A stretch of 64,000 nt of DNA. Source: Candidatus Omnitrophota bacterium. GTDB lineage: Bacteria > Omnitrophota > Gorgyraeia > Zapsychrales > Zapsychraceae. A program made the translations under genes and the position numbers. The stretch lies in the NCBI GenBank assembly GCA_015233405.1, contig JADFXT010000005.1:10210-74209 (forward strand), read 5' to 3'. The notes below the pieces were generated by a model. It worked only from the letters and a program-made list of their open reading frames with translations. It was not told where the DNA came from and did not search any database. Of this stretch, positions 28,702 to 38,728 are shown one piece after another; within the stretch, counting starts at the first letter, position 1, and each line of letters opens with the position of its first letter.

Positions 28702-30492
28702 ATGTCTATTAATAATTCCAAATATAACTCGCTTGCTTTATGGATGTGCGCTTTGGGTTTTTGTTCTTGGGCGTGGATTCTAACAATTAAATTTTATCAT
28801 TTTGGATATTGGGGCTGGGACCTGCCTTTGTATGACCAGCTGATGTGGAATTTGTGCCGCGGCTCTGTTCAAACATCTTTATTCGGCGGCAATTTTCTAA
28901 TTGACCACGCCAATTACATTGCTTTTTTCTTGGCGCCATTTTATTTTTTCTTTCAGAATCCAATGGCTCTTTTGTATTTTAAGCTGGCCGCTTTCTTTAT
29001 CGGGTCATATATTTTCTATCTGATTACATTAAAAAAAATAGGAGGGCTGTGGGGGATCCTTTTTTTGTTAGGATATCTTTTTTATCCGGCAAATATATCG
29101 ATGTTGCTTTTTGAGTTTAATTTCGAAAATTTGGCGTTACCGCTAATCTTTTTGGTGTTTTATTTTTTTGAAGAACGAAAAATCGGGCCGTTTCTCCTGA
29201 CTTGTTTTTTCTTAAGCATTGTTAAAGAAAATATGCCGTTCGTTGTCGGTATGTTTGGTGTTTATGGCCTTTTGACACGAAGAAATAACAAGAAAGATAT
29301 TTTTTATTGGGGACTTTGTCCTCTTGTCTTGAGTATCGATATTTTCTTGGTTGAGATGTTCCTTGTTTATCCCTGGCTGACGAAAAATCTTGGTTTTCAT
29401 GCTAGCGGATATTTTGAATTCTATCGAAAAAGTTTCCTTGCCGATCCACTGTCTTTTTTTCAGAACTTTTTTACTCTTAAAAAGATTTTATTTTTAAGCG
29501 AATTATTCGGTCCGTTATTGCTTTTGGCCATATTAAACCCTCAAATTTTATTTCTAGGATTACCGTTATTCTTTCAAAACCTTTTGTCTAATTTTTTTGG
29601 GCAACAATCCATATTTTTTTATTATGCAAGCTCTATGGCCGTTTTTGTTTTCTTAGCGGCGATTCAGTCTTTATCTATCCTTGAACCAAAACAGCGACGA
29701 CGTCTTTCTTTTTTAATGATCATTGCTGTTTTATTCTTCAGTTTTTGTTACATTCGTGAGTGGAACAAGCGAATTCCATGGCAAGATAAAGAACTATATA
29801 TAAGGCGTCGTCAGCTTTTGGCTAAAATCCCCCCGCAAGCCGGAGTCTTAAGCAGTTACAATTTCCTTCCTTTTTTATCTCAAAGAAAAGATTTGTATTT
29901 GTTTGGAAGAACGTTCGTGCTTTTTACGCGTCAAAATCAGAACGTCCCCGACTCCGTGAATTATGCGTTGATTGATTTCTCTACTGAAATTATTGATAAA
30001 TTTGCAGTAAAAGAATTGTTGCTAAACAAACATTGGACGGTGGAAGCCGCGATTGAAAATGTGGTCTTGCTGAGAAAAAACTTTTATCGAGGGAATCCGC
30101 TGATTGAAGGGATCCAAGAACATTCTAGAGAATCTTTTGCCCGCTCTGTTTTTCCAGATAATCCACTGTTAGAATTGAAATCTTTTGATTTTCCGGCTGT
30201 TATTTCTTCAAAGACAACTGTTTTTCCTGTCAATTATTATTGGAAAGCCCTCCAAGATTTGCCCCAAGCTGGCAAGGTTATTATGACAATCAGTCAAAAA
30301 GGAAAGTCCGTTTGGAATAAAACTCGACGTATTCTGTATTCTTTGCCATTTAAGAAAGACGAAGAGATAAAGGATTGTTTTTATTATGTTCTCCCGCATT
30401 TTCCAAAAGGCCAATATGATGTTGAAATTTATATTTGGGATAGCGCTTATCAGTGGACCGGGCCATTTATTAAAAAGTTGGAGGTTCGATAA
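28702..30492 (+). CDS. polytopic membrane protein, DUF2079-like (GT-C-like fold family)
   Basis: 596 aa with about 12 TM helices plus a soluble C-terminal domain. N-terminal block WDLPLYDQLMWNLCRG...LIDHANYIAFFLAPFYF resembles the DUF2079 family. Confidence 0.6.
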   Translation: MSINNSKYNSLALWMCALGFCSWAWILTIKFYHFGYWGWDLPLYDQLMWNLCRGSVQTSLFGGNFLIDHANYIAFFLAPFYFFFQNPMALLYFKLAAFFIGSYIFYLITLKKIGGLWGILFLLGYLFYPANISMLLFEFNFENLALPLIFLVFYFFEERKIGPFLLTCFFLSIVKENMPFVVGMFGVYGLLTRRNNKKDIFYWGLCPLVLSIDIFLVEMFLVYPWLTKNLGFHASGYFEFYRKSFLADPLSFFQNFFTLKKILFLSELFGPLLLLAILNPQILFLGLPLFFQNLLSNFFGQQSIFFYYASSMAVFVFLAAIQSLSILEPKQRRRLSFLMIIAVLFFSFCYIREWNKRIPWQDKELYIRRRQLLAKIPPQAGVLSSYNFLPFLSQRKDLYLFGRTFVLFTRQNQNVPDSVNYALIDFSTEIIDKFAVKELLLNKHWTVEAAIENVVLLRKNFYRGNPLIEGIQEHSRESFARSVFPDNPLLELKSFDFPAVISSKTTVFPVNYYWKALQDLPQAGKVIMTISQKGKSVWNKTRRILYSLPFKKDEEIKDCFYYVLPHFPKGQYDVEIYIWDSAYQWTGPFIKKLEVR

Positions 30493-30671
30493 TTTGACCG
30501 TTATTAAGATTGCTTTTTATGTTGCGAATGATTTTTCTTTAGAGTAAGATTGATTAAATTAAAATTTTAATTAAGCTCGCATTTTGGGCGCAATGTTCTA
30601 GCCGCTAAACCCTTTTATGCATATTGCTGATGGGGTCTAGGCCGCAAGACATGAAAAGAAAAGGGGGAGTT

Positions 30672-31442
30672 ATGGGGATCTTGGCCGTATTAATTTTTGC
30701 TGGAATTTTTTTCCTCATGTTTTCAATCAGGATCATCCAACAATATGAAACCGGGGTTGTTTTTCAGCTTGGTCGATATTCTCGAACCCTTCAGCCTGGG
30801 TTAAATTTAATTATTCCGGTTATCGAATATTCTACTGTCATTGACATGAGAATCTCCACCAATGATATTCCAAAGCAGCAGGTGATAACCAAGGATAATA
30901 TCCCCGTTTCGATTAATGGCGTCGTTTATTTTAAAGTCGCAGATGCTCAAACAGCGGTTATTGAAGTTCAAAACTATTTATATGCCATTTCGCAATACGC
31001 TCAGGCTGCATTAAGAGATGTTGTTGGCGGATTAACTCTCGACGAGCTTTTAGCTGAAAGAGAAAAAATCGGCGAAGAAATTGAAGCCGCAACGCAAAAA
31101 CAGGCGAAATCCTGGGGCTTGGAAGTCAAGGCGATTAAAATTCAAGATGTTGACATGCCAGAAGACTTAAAGAAAATGATGTCGCGTCAGGCTTCTGCTG
31201 AAAGAGAAAAACGCGCCACGATTACAAAAGCTGAAGGTGATAAGCTTGCTGCAATTAATTTGTCAGAAGCCGCTAAGACAATGGCCCTGTCTCCGGGGGC
31301 TATGCAGCTAAGGACTCTTCAGACTATCGATGGGCTTGGACCGACCGCATCCAATACTGTTGTCATCGCCGTTCCTGTAGATATCATGGACATGGCAAGA
31401 GCAATTACAAATAAACTTACTACGGATAAGAAACAAGAATAA
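30672..31442 (+). CDS. SPFH/band-7 (stomatin-like) membrane protein
   Basis: The track starts at TTG 30624. ATG 30672 follows a GGGGGAG RBS. Conserved IIQQYETGVVFQLGRY...LNLIIPVIE and RQASAEREKRA blocks. Confidence 0.88.
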   Translation: MGILAVLIFAGIFFLMFSIRIIQQYETGVVFQLGRYSRTLQPGLNLIIPVIEYSTVIDMRISTNDIPKQQVITKDNIPVSINGVVYFKVADAQTAVIEVQNYLYAISQYAQAALRDVVGGLTLDELLAEREKIGEEIEAATQKQAKSWGLEVKAIKIQDVDMPEDLKKMMSRQASAEREKRATITKAEGDKLAAINLSEAAKTMALSPGAMQLRTLQTIDGLGPTASNTVVIAVPVDIMDMARAITNKLTTDKKQE

Positions 31443-31461
31443 AGAATAGGATGCACACACC

Positions 31462-32253
31462 ATGCCGGTTTTGCATGCAATTATCCTCGGGATTGTTCAA
31501 GGATTAACAGAAGTTTTTCCCATTTCAAGCTCAGCTCATTTAGTGATTATCCCCTGGATTTTCAAATGGCCGTATCAAGGGCTTTCATTTGATGTCGCTT
31601 TACATGTGGGGACAGCAGTGGCCTTTTGTATTTATTTTTTTAAAGATTGGGTTCAAATAATCAAAGGGGCTTTTGCAAAAGAGGGACAGGGGAGAAATAA
31701 CCTTTTTCTCTGTATTGTCATTGGGACGATCCCTGCGGTGTTGGCGGGATTAATCTTAGAAAAGAAAGCAGAATTTGCTTTTAGGTCTCCGTTGATTTTA
31801 GCCGGAATGTTATTTCTCTTTGCCATTATTCTTTGGTGGGCGGATAATTCCCTGGGAACGAAACAAAAATCCTTGGAAGAAGTTAATTTAAAGACCGCGA
31901 TTTTTATAGGATTAGCGCAAATGTTGGCGATCATTCCGGGAGTATCTCGATCAGGAATAACCATAACCGCCGGCCTATTAAAAGGATTTTCCCGAGAAGC
32001 AGCCGCACGATTTTCATTCCTATTGGCCACGCCGATTGTGTTTGCCGCAGGGCTATTAAAGCTTTCCAAATTACATCCCGGCGATTTAACCGTTTCGTTC
32101 TGGGCAGGAGTTCTTTTTTCTGCCATAAGTGGATTTTTTGCCATTGGATTCCTCCTAAATCTTGTCAAAAGAACCAGCTTGAAAGTTTTTGTGTTTTATC
32201 GAATTGCATTGGCCGCGTTTATTTTGGTCGCATTCTTTTCTAAGTTGCGATAA
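31462..32253 (+). CDS. uppP: undecaprenyl-diphosphate phosphatase
   Basis: GIVQGLTEVFPISSSAHL and PGVSRSGITITAGL motifs of BacA/UppP. Confidence 0.93.
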   Translation: MPVLHAIILGIVQGLTEVFPISSSAHLVIIPWIFKWPYQGLSFDVALHVGTAVAFCIYFFKDWVQIIKGAFAKEGQGRNNLFLCIVIGTIPAVLAGLILEKKAEFAFRSPLILAGMLFLFAIILWWADNSLGTKQKSLEEVNLKTAIFIGLAQMLAIIPGVSRSGITITAGLLKGFSREAAARFSFLLATPIVFAAGLLKLSKLHPGDLTVSFWAGVLFSAISGFFAIGFLLNLVKRTSLKVFVFYRIALAAFILVAFFSKLR

Positions 32254-32266
32254 AAAAAGAGGTTTT

Positions 32267-32395
32267 ATGCTAAAGAAAATTTTTTATTTTATTGTGGCTG
32301 GAGTATTTTTAACCTCGATTTACGGTTGTTCTTTAATAGGAACCGCTTTAAGCGCCGCGGCGGGTTACGCAATTTATAAGGCAACCAGCAAATAA
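32267..32395 (+). CDS. small lipoprotein
   Basis: 42-aa ORF from the internal Met of track ORF 32189..32395. Lipobox SIYG-C. Confidence 0.45.
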   Translation: MLKKIFYFIVAGVFLTSIYGCSLIGTALSAAAGYAIYKATSK

Positions 32396-32469
32396 TTGAT
32401 AACTATCATTATGCTGATCTAGAATCTGCAATCGCATATTAATATGAAATAGAGTGTTGTTTTTTTGCT

Positions 32470-33354
32470 ATGAAAAAAAACTTTTTATTGGTAATGGTGT
32501 TTTTCTTTATGCTTACACGTTTATCATCGGCTTTAGAATGGAAAAAAATACATAATGAGGCTGATGCTACAACTCTTCAGAAGGCTCAAAAATCCGTTCT
32601 CAAGAATCCCAATTCGATACCTGATCTGTACCGACTAAGCTTGGTTGATTTGAACCTTCACAAGGATAATGACGCCAAGGGTATATATACTAAAATATTA
32701 AGTTTGGATCCAAAATCATTGGAGGCGCTCTGGGGACAAGCCGAGGTTCTCCGTCGACAGGATAAACTTGAAGAAAGCAATAAAATCCTCAATAAAATCA
32801 TAAAATCCAACCCAAAATTTTCTCCAGCGCTGATTTCTCTGGCGTATATTCAGTACACTCTTTTGAAATTTGATGATGCGGCACAATTGGCCAAAAAAGT
32901 GATCGATCAAGGGAAAGATAATGTGGACTTGAGTAATTATACTCGCGCCCATCTCATTTTAGCTGGCAGTAAGGGAATGATCGCTAGTCGCGGAGGCTTA
33001 TTCTCCAAATTTATTAATGGAACAGCTGTTTTGCCTCTTTTAAAAAAAGCACAGAAGCTTCAGCCTGATTCGCCTGCGGTTTTGTTTGGGCTAGGGAGTT
33101 ATTATTTTCTGGCACCTCATATTGCCGGCGGAAATCTGGATAAAGCTATTTACTATCTTGAGTTAGCTGTCAAAGCAGACCCGCTTTTTGCTGATGCTCA
33201 TGTGCGATTAGCGCAAGCTTTTAAAACCAAAGGGGATATTAAGAAATACCAGGAGCATTTAAACAAAGCTATTCAGATCGATCCTTTAAATGCTTTGGCT
33301 CTTGATGAGAAGAATAAAAAATGCAAATTTAACTGTTCTACGGTTCACGAATAA
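32470..33354 (+). CDS. secreted TPR-repeat protein
   Basis: Signal peptide. Repeated 34-aa A/L/Y/P patterns (ALWGQAEVLRRQDKLEES, AHVRLAQAFKTKGDIKKY). Confidence 0.75.
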   Translation: MKKNFLLVMVFFFMLTRLSSALEWKKIHNEADATTLQKAQKSVLKNPNSIPDLYRLSLVDLNLHKDNDAKGIYTKILSLDPKSLEALWGQAEVLRRQDKLEESNKILNKIIKSNPKFSPALISLAYIQYTLLKFDDAAQLAKKVIDQGKDNVDLSNYTRAHLILAGSKGMIASRGGLFSKFINGTAVLPLLKKAQKLQPDSPAVLFGLGSYYFLAPHIAGGNLDKAIYYLELAVKADPLFADAHVRLAQAFKTKGDIKKYQEHLNKAIQIDPLNALALDEKNKKCKFNCSTVHE

Positions 33355-33367
33355 CAAGAAGAAGAGT

Positions 33368-34261
33368 ATGATGAAAAACCTTATCAGAGCTTTACGATTA
33401 CCTTTTATTACAGCAAGTGTTTTGCCGTTTGTTTTTGGCTCTTTAATTAATCGAAGCCATTTTCAAGTGGCGGGCTTTCTTTTGGGGTTCATCGCGGCAG
33501 CGGCAACACATTTAGGGTCCAATTTGATTAATGATTATGCGGATTCAAAAAGCGGAGCAGATTGGCAGGATAAGAAGTTTTATGGACTGTTCGGCGGATC
33601 AAAACTTATCCAAGAGAATGTCTTGTCAGAGAAATTTTATCTTAATAGTGCAATTGTCTGTGCCATTATTGCATCCACGGCTGTTTTAGGTTTAGCATTT
33701 CTTTTGAAAAGCTCTGCCGTTGTTATTTATTATCTGATTATAATAATCTTAGGCTGGTCGTATTCGACTAAACCATTACAATTTTCATATCATAAACTTG
33801 GAGAAATCATTATTTTTCTTCTTTTTGGCCCAGCGGTCGTTATGGGGGGATATTTTATTCAAACAGGTGTATTCCCTGATATGAAAAGTTTTGTCCTGTC
33901 GTTGCCATTCGGTTTTTTTACAACAGCGATTTTGTATGCCAATGAAATTCCGGACTTTTATAATGATCAAAAAGCTCATAAATTCAATTGGGTCAGCATT
34001 TTGGGAGTTGACCGAGCCTATATTCTTTATCTTGTCTTGATGTTTTCTGGGGTTGCTTCTGTTGCGTTGGCTTTTCGATTAGGATTCTTGAAAATGTTTT
34101 CACTCGGCGGAGTTGTTATTTTAACAGTGCCAATTGTTAAAGCCGCCCTAATTATGAAGAAATCGCCTGCCGATAAAGACCAGCTGGTAAAATCCTCTCA
34201 AATGACCATCGCCGTTCAGACGGTGGCAAGTATCATTCTAATTTTTGGGACTTTCTTATAA
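33368..34261 (+). CDS. UbiA-family prenyltransferase (MenA-like)
   Basis: Start taken at ATGATG 33368. NLINDYADSKSGAD Asp-rich motif and 8-9 TM helices. Confidence 0.8.
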   Translation: MMKNLIRALRLPFITASVLPFVFGSLINRSHFQVAGFLLGFIAAAATHLGSNLINDYADSKSGADWQDKKFYGLFGGSKLIQENVLSEKFYLNSAIVCAIIASTAVLGLAFLLKSSAVVIYYLIIIILGWSYSTKPLQFSYHKLGEIIIFLLFGPAVVMGGYFIQTGVFPDMKSFVLSLPFGFFTTAILYANEIPDFYNDQKAHKFNWVSILGVDRAYILYLVLMFSGVASVALAFRLGFLKMFSLGGVVILTVPIVKAALIMKKSPADKDQLVKSSQMTIAVQTVASIILIFGTFL

Positions 34262-34310
34262 GATAAATAAGACAATTTCATCAAGGTTTTTGGGGGATGA
34301 AGTATTTCTA

Positions 34311-34338
34311 TTGCAGATAAATTTTTTTTTGATACAAT
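34311..34338 (+). promoter_or_regulatory. candidate sigma70-type promoter
   Basis: TTGCAG (34311-34316), 16-nt spacer, TACAAT (34333-34338). Sits about 25 nt upstream of the 34364 CDS. Confidence 0.35.
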
Positions 34339-34363
34339 AGAGAAAATAAAAAAGGAGGAAGCA

Positions 34364-34579
34364 ATGGCTGTTTCAAAGAATTCAGAATTATTAAAAGAAC
34401 CTGGCGTCAAACAAGAAATCGAACGCCACAAGTGGTTTGAAAGCGAGAAGGCCGGATATGACATCGGTTTTGATAAAGCTGCAGAAAGCTGGATCAAGCT
34501 TTATTCAAAGCAATGGCTGAAAGCCCATCCTGCTAAAGAAGAAAAAACCGCAACAAGAAAAGCTAAGAGAATATTTTAA
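34364..34579 (+). CDS. small conserved hypothetical protein
   Basis: AAAGGAGGAAG RBS. 71 aa with the motif HKWFESEKAGYDIG. Confidence 0.55.
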   Translation: MAVSKNSELLKEPGVKQEIERHKWFESEKAGYDIGFDKAAESWIKLYSKQWLKAHPAKEEKTATRKAKRIF

Positions 34580-34677
34580 GGACATTTGTTTCTTAAAAAA
34601 ATTTAAGCTGCATCCATAAAGATTTTTACTTGCTTGTTTGATGCTAGCGATTTATAAAACTAGTTTCTTGGCTTTAG

Positions 34678-34714
34678 AACCCTCTGCAGTAGAACATATT
34701 GCAGAGGGTTTTTT
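34678..34714 (+). terminator. rho-independent terminator
   Basis: 11-bp stem aaccctctgca / tgcagagggtt followed by a T6 run. Confidence 0.8.
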
Positions 34715-34740
34715 GTGAACAATGTTGGAGTTATTAAAAC

Positions 34741-35676
34741 ATGGGTATTATGAAGAACTCTGAAGAAAATATTATCCACGCTAAAGGGCTTTCAAAAGCT
34801 TTTGGAGATGTCCAGGCTGTTGACCAGATAGATTTTACAGTCAAAAAGCAGAGCTGCTTTGGTTTTTTGGGACCTAATGGCGCCGGAAAAACAACGACCA
34901 TTCGAATGATTTCCTGTTTTCTGGAACCAAGTGATGGCGTGCTTGAAGTTTTAGGCAAAAACGTGAAAGAATCACCGCGATATATTAAAGAACGCATTGG
35001 AATTTGCCCTCAAGAAGACAATCTTGACCCTGATTTGACCGTAGAAAATAACCTGCGCGTTTTTGCCCGATATTTTGATATTGTAGGGAAAGAAGCGAAT
35101 TTGCGTTCGGAAGAATTACTTCATTTTATGGGACTGTTTTCAAAAAGAAAAGCAACCATTGAAGAATTGTCTGGTGGTATGAAACGCCGTCTTATCATCG
35201 CAAGGTCCTTATTAAACCGGCCTAAATTGCTAGTTTTAGATGAGCCGACAACAGGACTTGATCCTCAATCCCGGCACCAAATATGGGAAAAGCTTCAACA
35301 ACTGAAAAACGAAGGGACAACGATTCTTTTAACGACCCATTATATGGAAGAGGCCGCGCGTCTTTGTGATCAATTAGTGATTATGGATCAAGGCAAAATC
35401 GTTGTTGAAGGGGAACCCAAAGCTTTGATTGAACAACATATCGGCTCTTCTATCGTTGAAATTGAATCTGATCAAGAAGATGTCGAGATTTATTTAAAGG
35501 CCCACGGGCTTGAATTTGAAAGAAATCCAACGCATTTCTTTATTTATGGCCGGGCTATTATGTCTCTGTGGCCCGAGATTTCTCAAAAATTTGGCGAAAA
35601 ATTTTGCGTCCTAAGGATGGCAACGCTGGAAGATGTTTTCTTAAAATTAACCGGCCGGGCATTACGGGAATCATAA
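34741..35676 (+). CDS. ABC-2 type exporter ATP-binding protein (NodI/DrrA-like)
   Basis: Walker A GPNGAGKTT, signature LSGGMKRR, Walker B LLVLDEPT. Confidence 0.9.
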   Translation: MGIMKNSEENIIHAKGLSKAFGDVQAVDQIDFTVKKQSCFGFLGPNGAGKTTTIRMISCFLEPSDGVLEVLGKNVKESPRYIKERIGICPQEDNLDPDLTVENNLRVFARYFDIVGKEANLRSEELLHFMGLFSKRKATIEELSGGMKRRLIIARSLLNRPKLLVLDEPTTGLDPQSRHQIWEKLQQLKNEGTTILLTTHYMEEAARLCDQLVIMDQGKIVVEGEPKALIEQHIGSSIVEIESDQEDVEIYLKAHGLEFERNPTHFFIYGRAIMSLWPEISQKFGEKFCVLRMATLEDVFLKLTGRALRES

Positions 35677-35679
35677 CAC

Positions 35680-36468
35680 ATGAAAACAATCCTTAAAAAT
35701 ATCAGTTGGCGCTCTTGGCGGGTTTGGCAAAGGAATTTTGACGTCTATAAAGCCACGTGGAAAGTGAATTTTATCCCGCCATTATTGGAGCCTTTATTAT
35801 ATCTTTTGGCTTTCGGTTTTGGATTTGGGAACCTTATCCAGAATGTTACTTACGAAGGACAGGCCGTAACATATTTAAAATTTTTAGCCCCTGGTCTTGT
35901 GGCGAGTGCCATCATGAACCACGGTTTTTTTGAAACGACGTATGCGTCTTTTGTGCGGATGTATTTTCAAAAGACCTATGACGCCATTTTATCGACGCCG
36001 CTTATGCTCGAAGATGTGATTTTAGGAGAAATTATCTGGGGTGCGACCAAAGCGCTTTTGGCAGGAAGTTTTATGCTCGTGATCGCTTGTCTTTGGGGCT
36101 TAATCTCCTGGACGGCCGCTTTGATGATGCTACCGATTGCTTTTCTCGCAGGAATGGCATTCTCCGGAATGGGGATGTGCTTTACCGCGGTAGTCAAAAA
36201 TATTGAGATGTTTAATTTCCCAGTATTTTTATTGATCACGCCGATGTTTCTTTTTAGCAGTGTCTTTTTTCCGATTGAATCGCTCCCGCGCTGGACGCAG
36301 TACGTGGCCCAGGCCATGCCGCTGACATTTTTAGTTTCTGTTTTGCGTGCTTTGGTTATGGGACATTTTTATCAGCCGCACATCATACAAATCGTCGGAC
36401 TTTTAGCCATTGCAGTTATCTGTACTTTTTTAAGTATATTCTTGATGAAAAAGAAACTTCTTAAATAA
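35680..36468 (+). CDS. ABC-2 type exporter permease (NodJ-like)
   Basis: 262 aa with 6 TM helices, immediately downstream of the ATPase. Confidence 0.85.
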   Translation: MKTILKNISWRSWRVWQRNFDVYKATWKVNFIPPLLEPLLYLLAFGFGFGNLIQNVTYEGQAVTYLKFLAPGLVASAIMNHGFFETTYASFVRMYFQKTYDAILSTPLMLEDVILGEIIWGATKALLAGSFMLVIACLWGLISWTAALMMLPIAFLAGMAFSGMGMCFTAVVKNIEMFNFPVFLLITPMFLFSSVFFPIESLPRWTQYVAQAMPLTFLVSVLRALVMGHFYQPHIIQIVGLLAIAVICTFLSIFLMKKKLLK

Positions 36469-36496
36469 GGCGCAGTAGAGAAAGGACGCACAAAGG

Positions 36497-36988
36497 ATGT
36501 TAAATAAATTAAAACAGGACAAACGTTTTAATCAAACTAAATTCAGTTTTGGTGCCACGTCGGCGATTATCACCATTTTAGGGCTTATTACCGGCCTGGA
36601 TTCTTTAACACATCCTAAATCAAGTATTTTCGCAGGGATCTTAGTTATCGCGCTGGCAGATAATATTTCAGATTCCATGGGGATTCATATTTATCAAGAA
36701 TCAGAGCACTTAAATGAAAAAGAGGTATGGATTTCAACTTTGACAAATTTCCTGACACGATTGGGCGTTTCTCTAAGTTTTCTTTTCTTGATCGCGGTGT
36801 TGCCCTTGTCTTTAGCCGTGCCCTGTTCGGTTGTTTGGGGTTTGACCTTATTAGCCAGCATCAGTTATATTATCGCCAAAGACAGAAACAAGAATCCATT
36901 CCTGGCAATCGTTGAGCATCTTAGCATAGCAATCTTTGTGATTATTTTAAGTCACCTTGTCGGCAGATGGGTCATCAGCAAGGTTTAA
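36497..36988 (+). CDS. VIT-family-like membrane protein (short form)
   Basis: FGATSAIITILGLITGL and ALADNISDSMGIH resemble the VIT1 transmembrane core. No ferritin-like domain. Confidence 0.5.
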   Translation: MLNKLKQDKRFNQTKFSFGATSAIITILGLITGLDSLTHPKSSIFAGILVIALADNISDSMGIHIYQESEHLNEKEVWISTLTNFLTRLGVSLSFLFLIAVLPLSLAVPCSVVWGLTLLASISYIIAKDRNKNPFLAIVEHLSIAIFVIILSHLVGRWVISKV

Positions 36989-37017
36989 TTTAAACACAAA
37001 AGGATAATAAAGCCTTT

Positions 37018-37048
37018 ACAAACCTTGAAGGTTTGTGTACACTTTTTT
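37018..37048 (+). terminator. possible rho-independent terminator
   Basis: Stem acaaacc/ggtttgt (37018-37024 / 37030-37036). The T6 run starts 6 nt after the stem. Confidence 0.45.
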
Positions 37049-37088
37049 CTTTATTAAATAACACTATGAATAGTTTAAGGATCTCAGC

Positions 37089-38705
37089 ATGATTTCAGTT
37101 AATGATGTATCGCTTCAATACGGGCAGCGGAAACTTTTTTCCGGTGTCAATATCGTTTTTACTCCGGGAAATTGTTACGGGCTTATTGGTGCCAACGGTT
37201 CTGGGAAATCAACGTTTCTAAAGATTCTTTCCGGCGAGATCGAGTCGACAGCTGGAGAGGTCAACGTCGTTCCGGGCAAACGTATTTCTATTCTGAAACA
37301 GGATCAGTTTGCTTTCGACACCTATACGGCATTGACAACCGTTATCATGGGCCATAAAAGGCTCTACGATATTATCACAGAAAAAGATACGCTTTATTCC
37401 AAGACAGATTTTTCTGACGCCGATGGTATTCGCGTTTCTGAACTAGAAGCAGAATTTAGCGATTTGAATGGTTGGAACTCTGAGTCCGACGCAGCGAAAT
37501 TGCTGAGCGATTTAGGGATCCCGGAAGAATTTCATCAAATGCAGATGAACCAGCTTGAGTCCGGACAAAAAGTGCGAGTCCTTTTGGCCCAGGCGCTGTT
37601 CGGTAATCCGGATATCTTGCTTTTAGACGAGCCCACGAACCATCTCGACGTAGAAACATGTATGTGGCTGGAAGAATTTTTATGTAACTTCGAAAATACC
37701 GCCATTATTGTTTCCCATGACCGCCATTTTTTAGACAAAGTTTGTACGCATATCGCAGATATTGATTACGGAAAAATTGAGCTTTATGCGGGAAATTTCA
37801 GTTTTTGGCTGGAATCAAGCCAATTGGCTTTACGGCAACGTAGCGAAGCGAATAAAAAGATTGAAGAAAAACGTAAAGAACTGCAGGAATTTATCGCCCG
37901 TTTTAGCGCGAACGCATCAAAATCCAAGCAAGCCACCAGCCGAAAGAAAATCCTTGAAAAATTGACCATTGAGAACATCAAGCCGTCATCTCGTCGATAT
38001 CCTTATATCGGTTTTGAGCAGGAACGCGAGGCTGGTAACGAACTTTTGCATATTAATCATTTATCGAAATCTGTAGACGGACAGGTGATGTTTGAAAATT
38101 TGACCATTACCGTTGAAAAAGGCGATAAGATCGCATTTTTAGGGCCAAGCGATTTGATGAAAACAATGCTCTTTCAGATCCTGATGGGCGAAGCCCAACC
38201 CGACGGAGGAAGTTTTAAATGGGGGTCTTCAACGAATCGGGCGTATTATCCAAAGGATAACACAAAATATTTTGAAAGGGATCTCAGTATCATTGATTGG
38301 CTTCGTCAGTATTCTCCGAACCAAGATGAAAACTTTGTGCGCGGATTTTTAGGCCGCATGCTTTTCTCCGGCGACGAATCTTTAAAGCCGGTTAATGTGC
38401 TCTCCGGTGGAGAAAAGGTTAGGTGTATGTTCGCACGCATGATGCTTGCCCAGCCCAACGTCCTGGTCCTAGATGAGCCGACGAACCATTTGGATTTGGA
38501 GTCCATCACGGCGCTTAACAAAGGACTTGAAAAATTTCGTGGCACGATCCTTTTTTCTTCACATGATCACCAATTAATTGAAACGGTGGCGACCAGGATC
38601 ATTGAAATCACACCCAAAGGATATATTGACCGCGTTCACACGACGTTTGATGAATATTTGTCGGATGACGCCATAAAAAATCAACGACACCAGCTTTACT
38701 CTTAA
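37089..38705 (+). CDS. ABC-F family ATPase (YbiT/EttA-like translation factor type)
   Basis: Two ABC cassettes (GANGSGKST / LLLDEPTNHLD and LVLDEPTNHLD) separated by a charged linker. No TM domain. Confidence 0.92.
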   Translation: MISVNDVSLQYGQRKLFSGVNIVFTPGNCYGLIGANGSGKSTFLKILSGEIESTAGEVNVVPGKRISILKQDQFAFDTYTALTTVIMGHKRLYDIITEKDTLYSKTDFSDADGIRVSELEAEFSDLNGWNSESDAAKLLSDLGIPEEFHQMQMNQLESGQKVRVLLAQALFGNPDILLLDEPTNHLDVETCMWLEEFLCNFENTAIIVSHDRHFLDKVCTHIADIDYGKIELYAGNFSFWLESSQLALRQRSEANKKIEEKRKELQEFIARFSANASKSKQATSRKKILEKLTIENIKPSSRRYPYIGFEQEREAGNELLHINHLSKSVDGQVMFENLTITVEKGDKIAFLGPSDLMKTMLFQILMGEAQPDGGSFKWGSSTNRAYYPKDNTKYFERDLSIIDWLRQYSPNQDENFVRGFLGRMLFSGDESLKPVNVLSGGEKVRCMFARMMLAQPNVLVLDEPTNHLDLESITALNKGLEKFRGTILFSSHDHQLIETVATRIIEITPKGYIDRVHTTFDEYLSDDAIKNQRHQLYS

Positions 38706-38728
38706 TAATATTTAAAAAGGAGAAGACT

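Noticed and set aside
31653-32168. 171-aa minus-strand ORF inside uppP. Similar long antisense ORFs occur at 46459..46890 in atpD, 53391..53834 in the giant gene, 35976..36317, 42796..43137 and 49051..49392.
   Set aside because: They are fully nested antisense to CDS with strong family signatures. They have no RBS and show low-complexity, Arg/Ser/Pro-rich composition typical of shadow ORFs.
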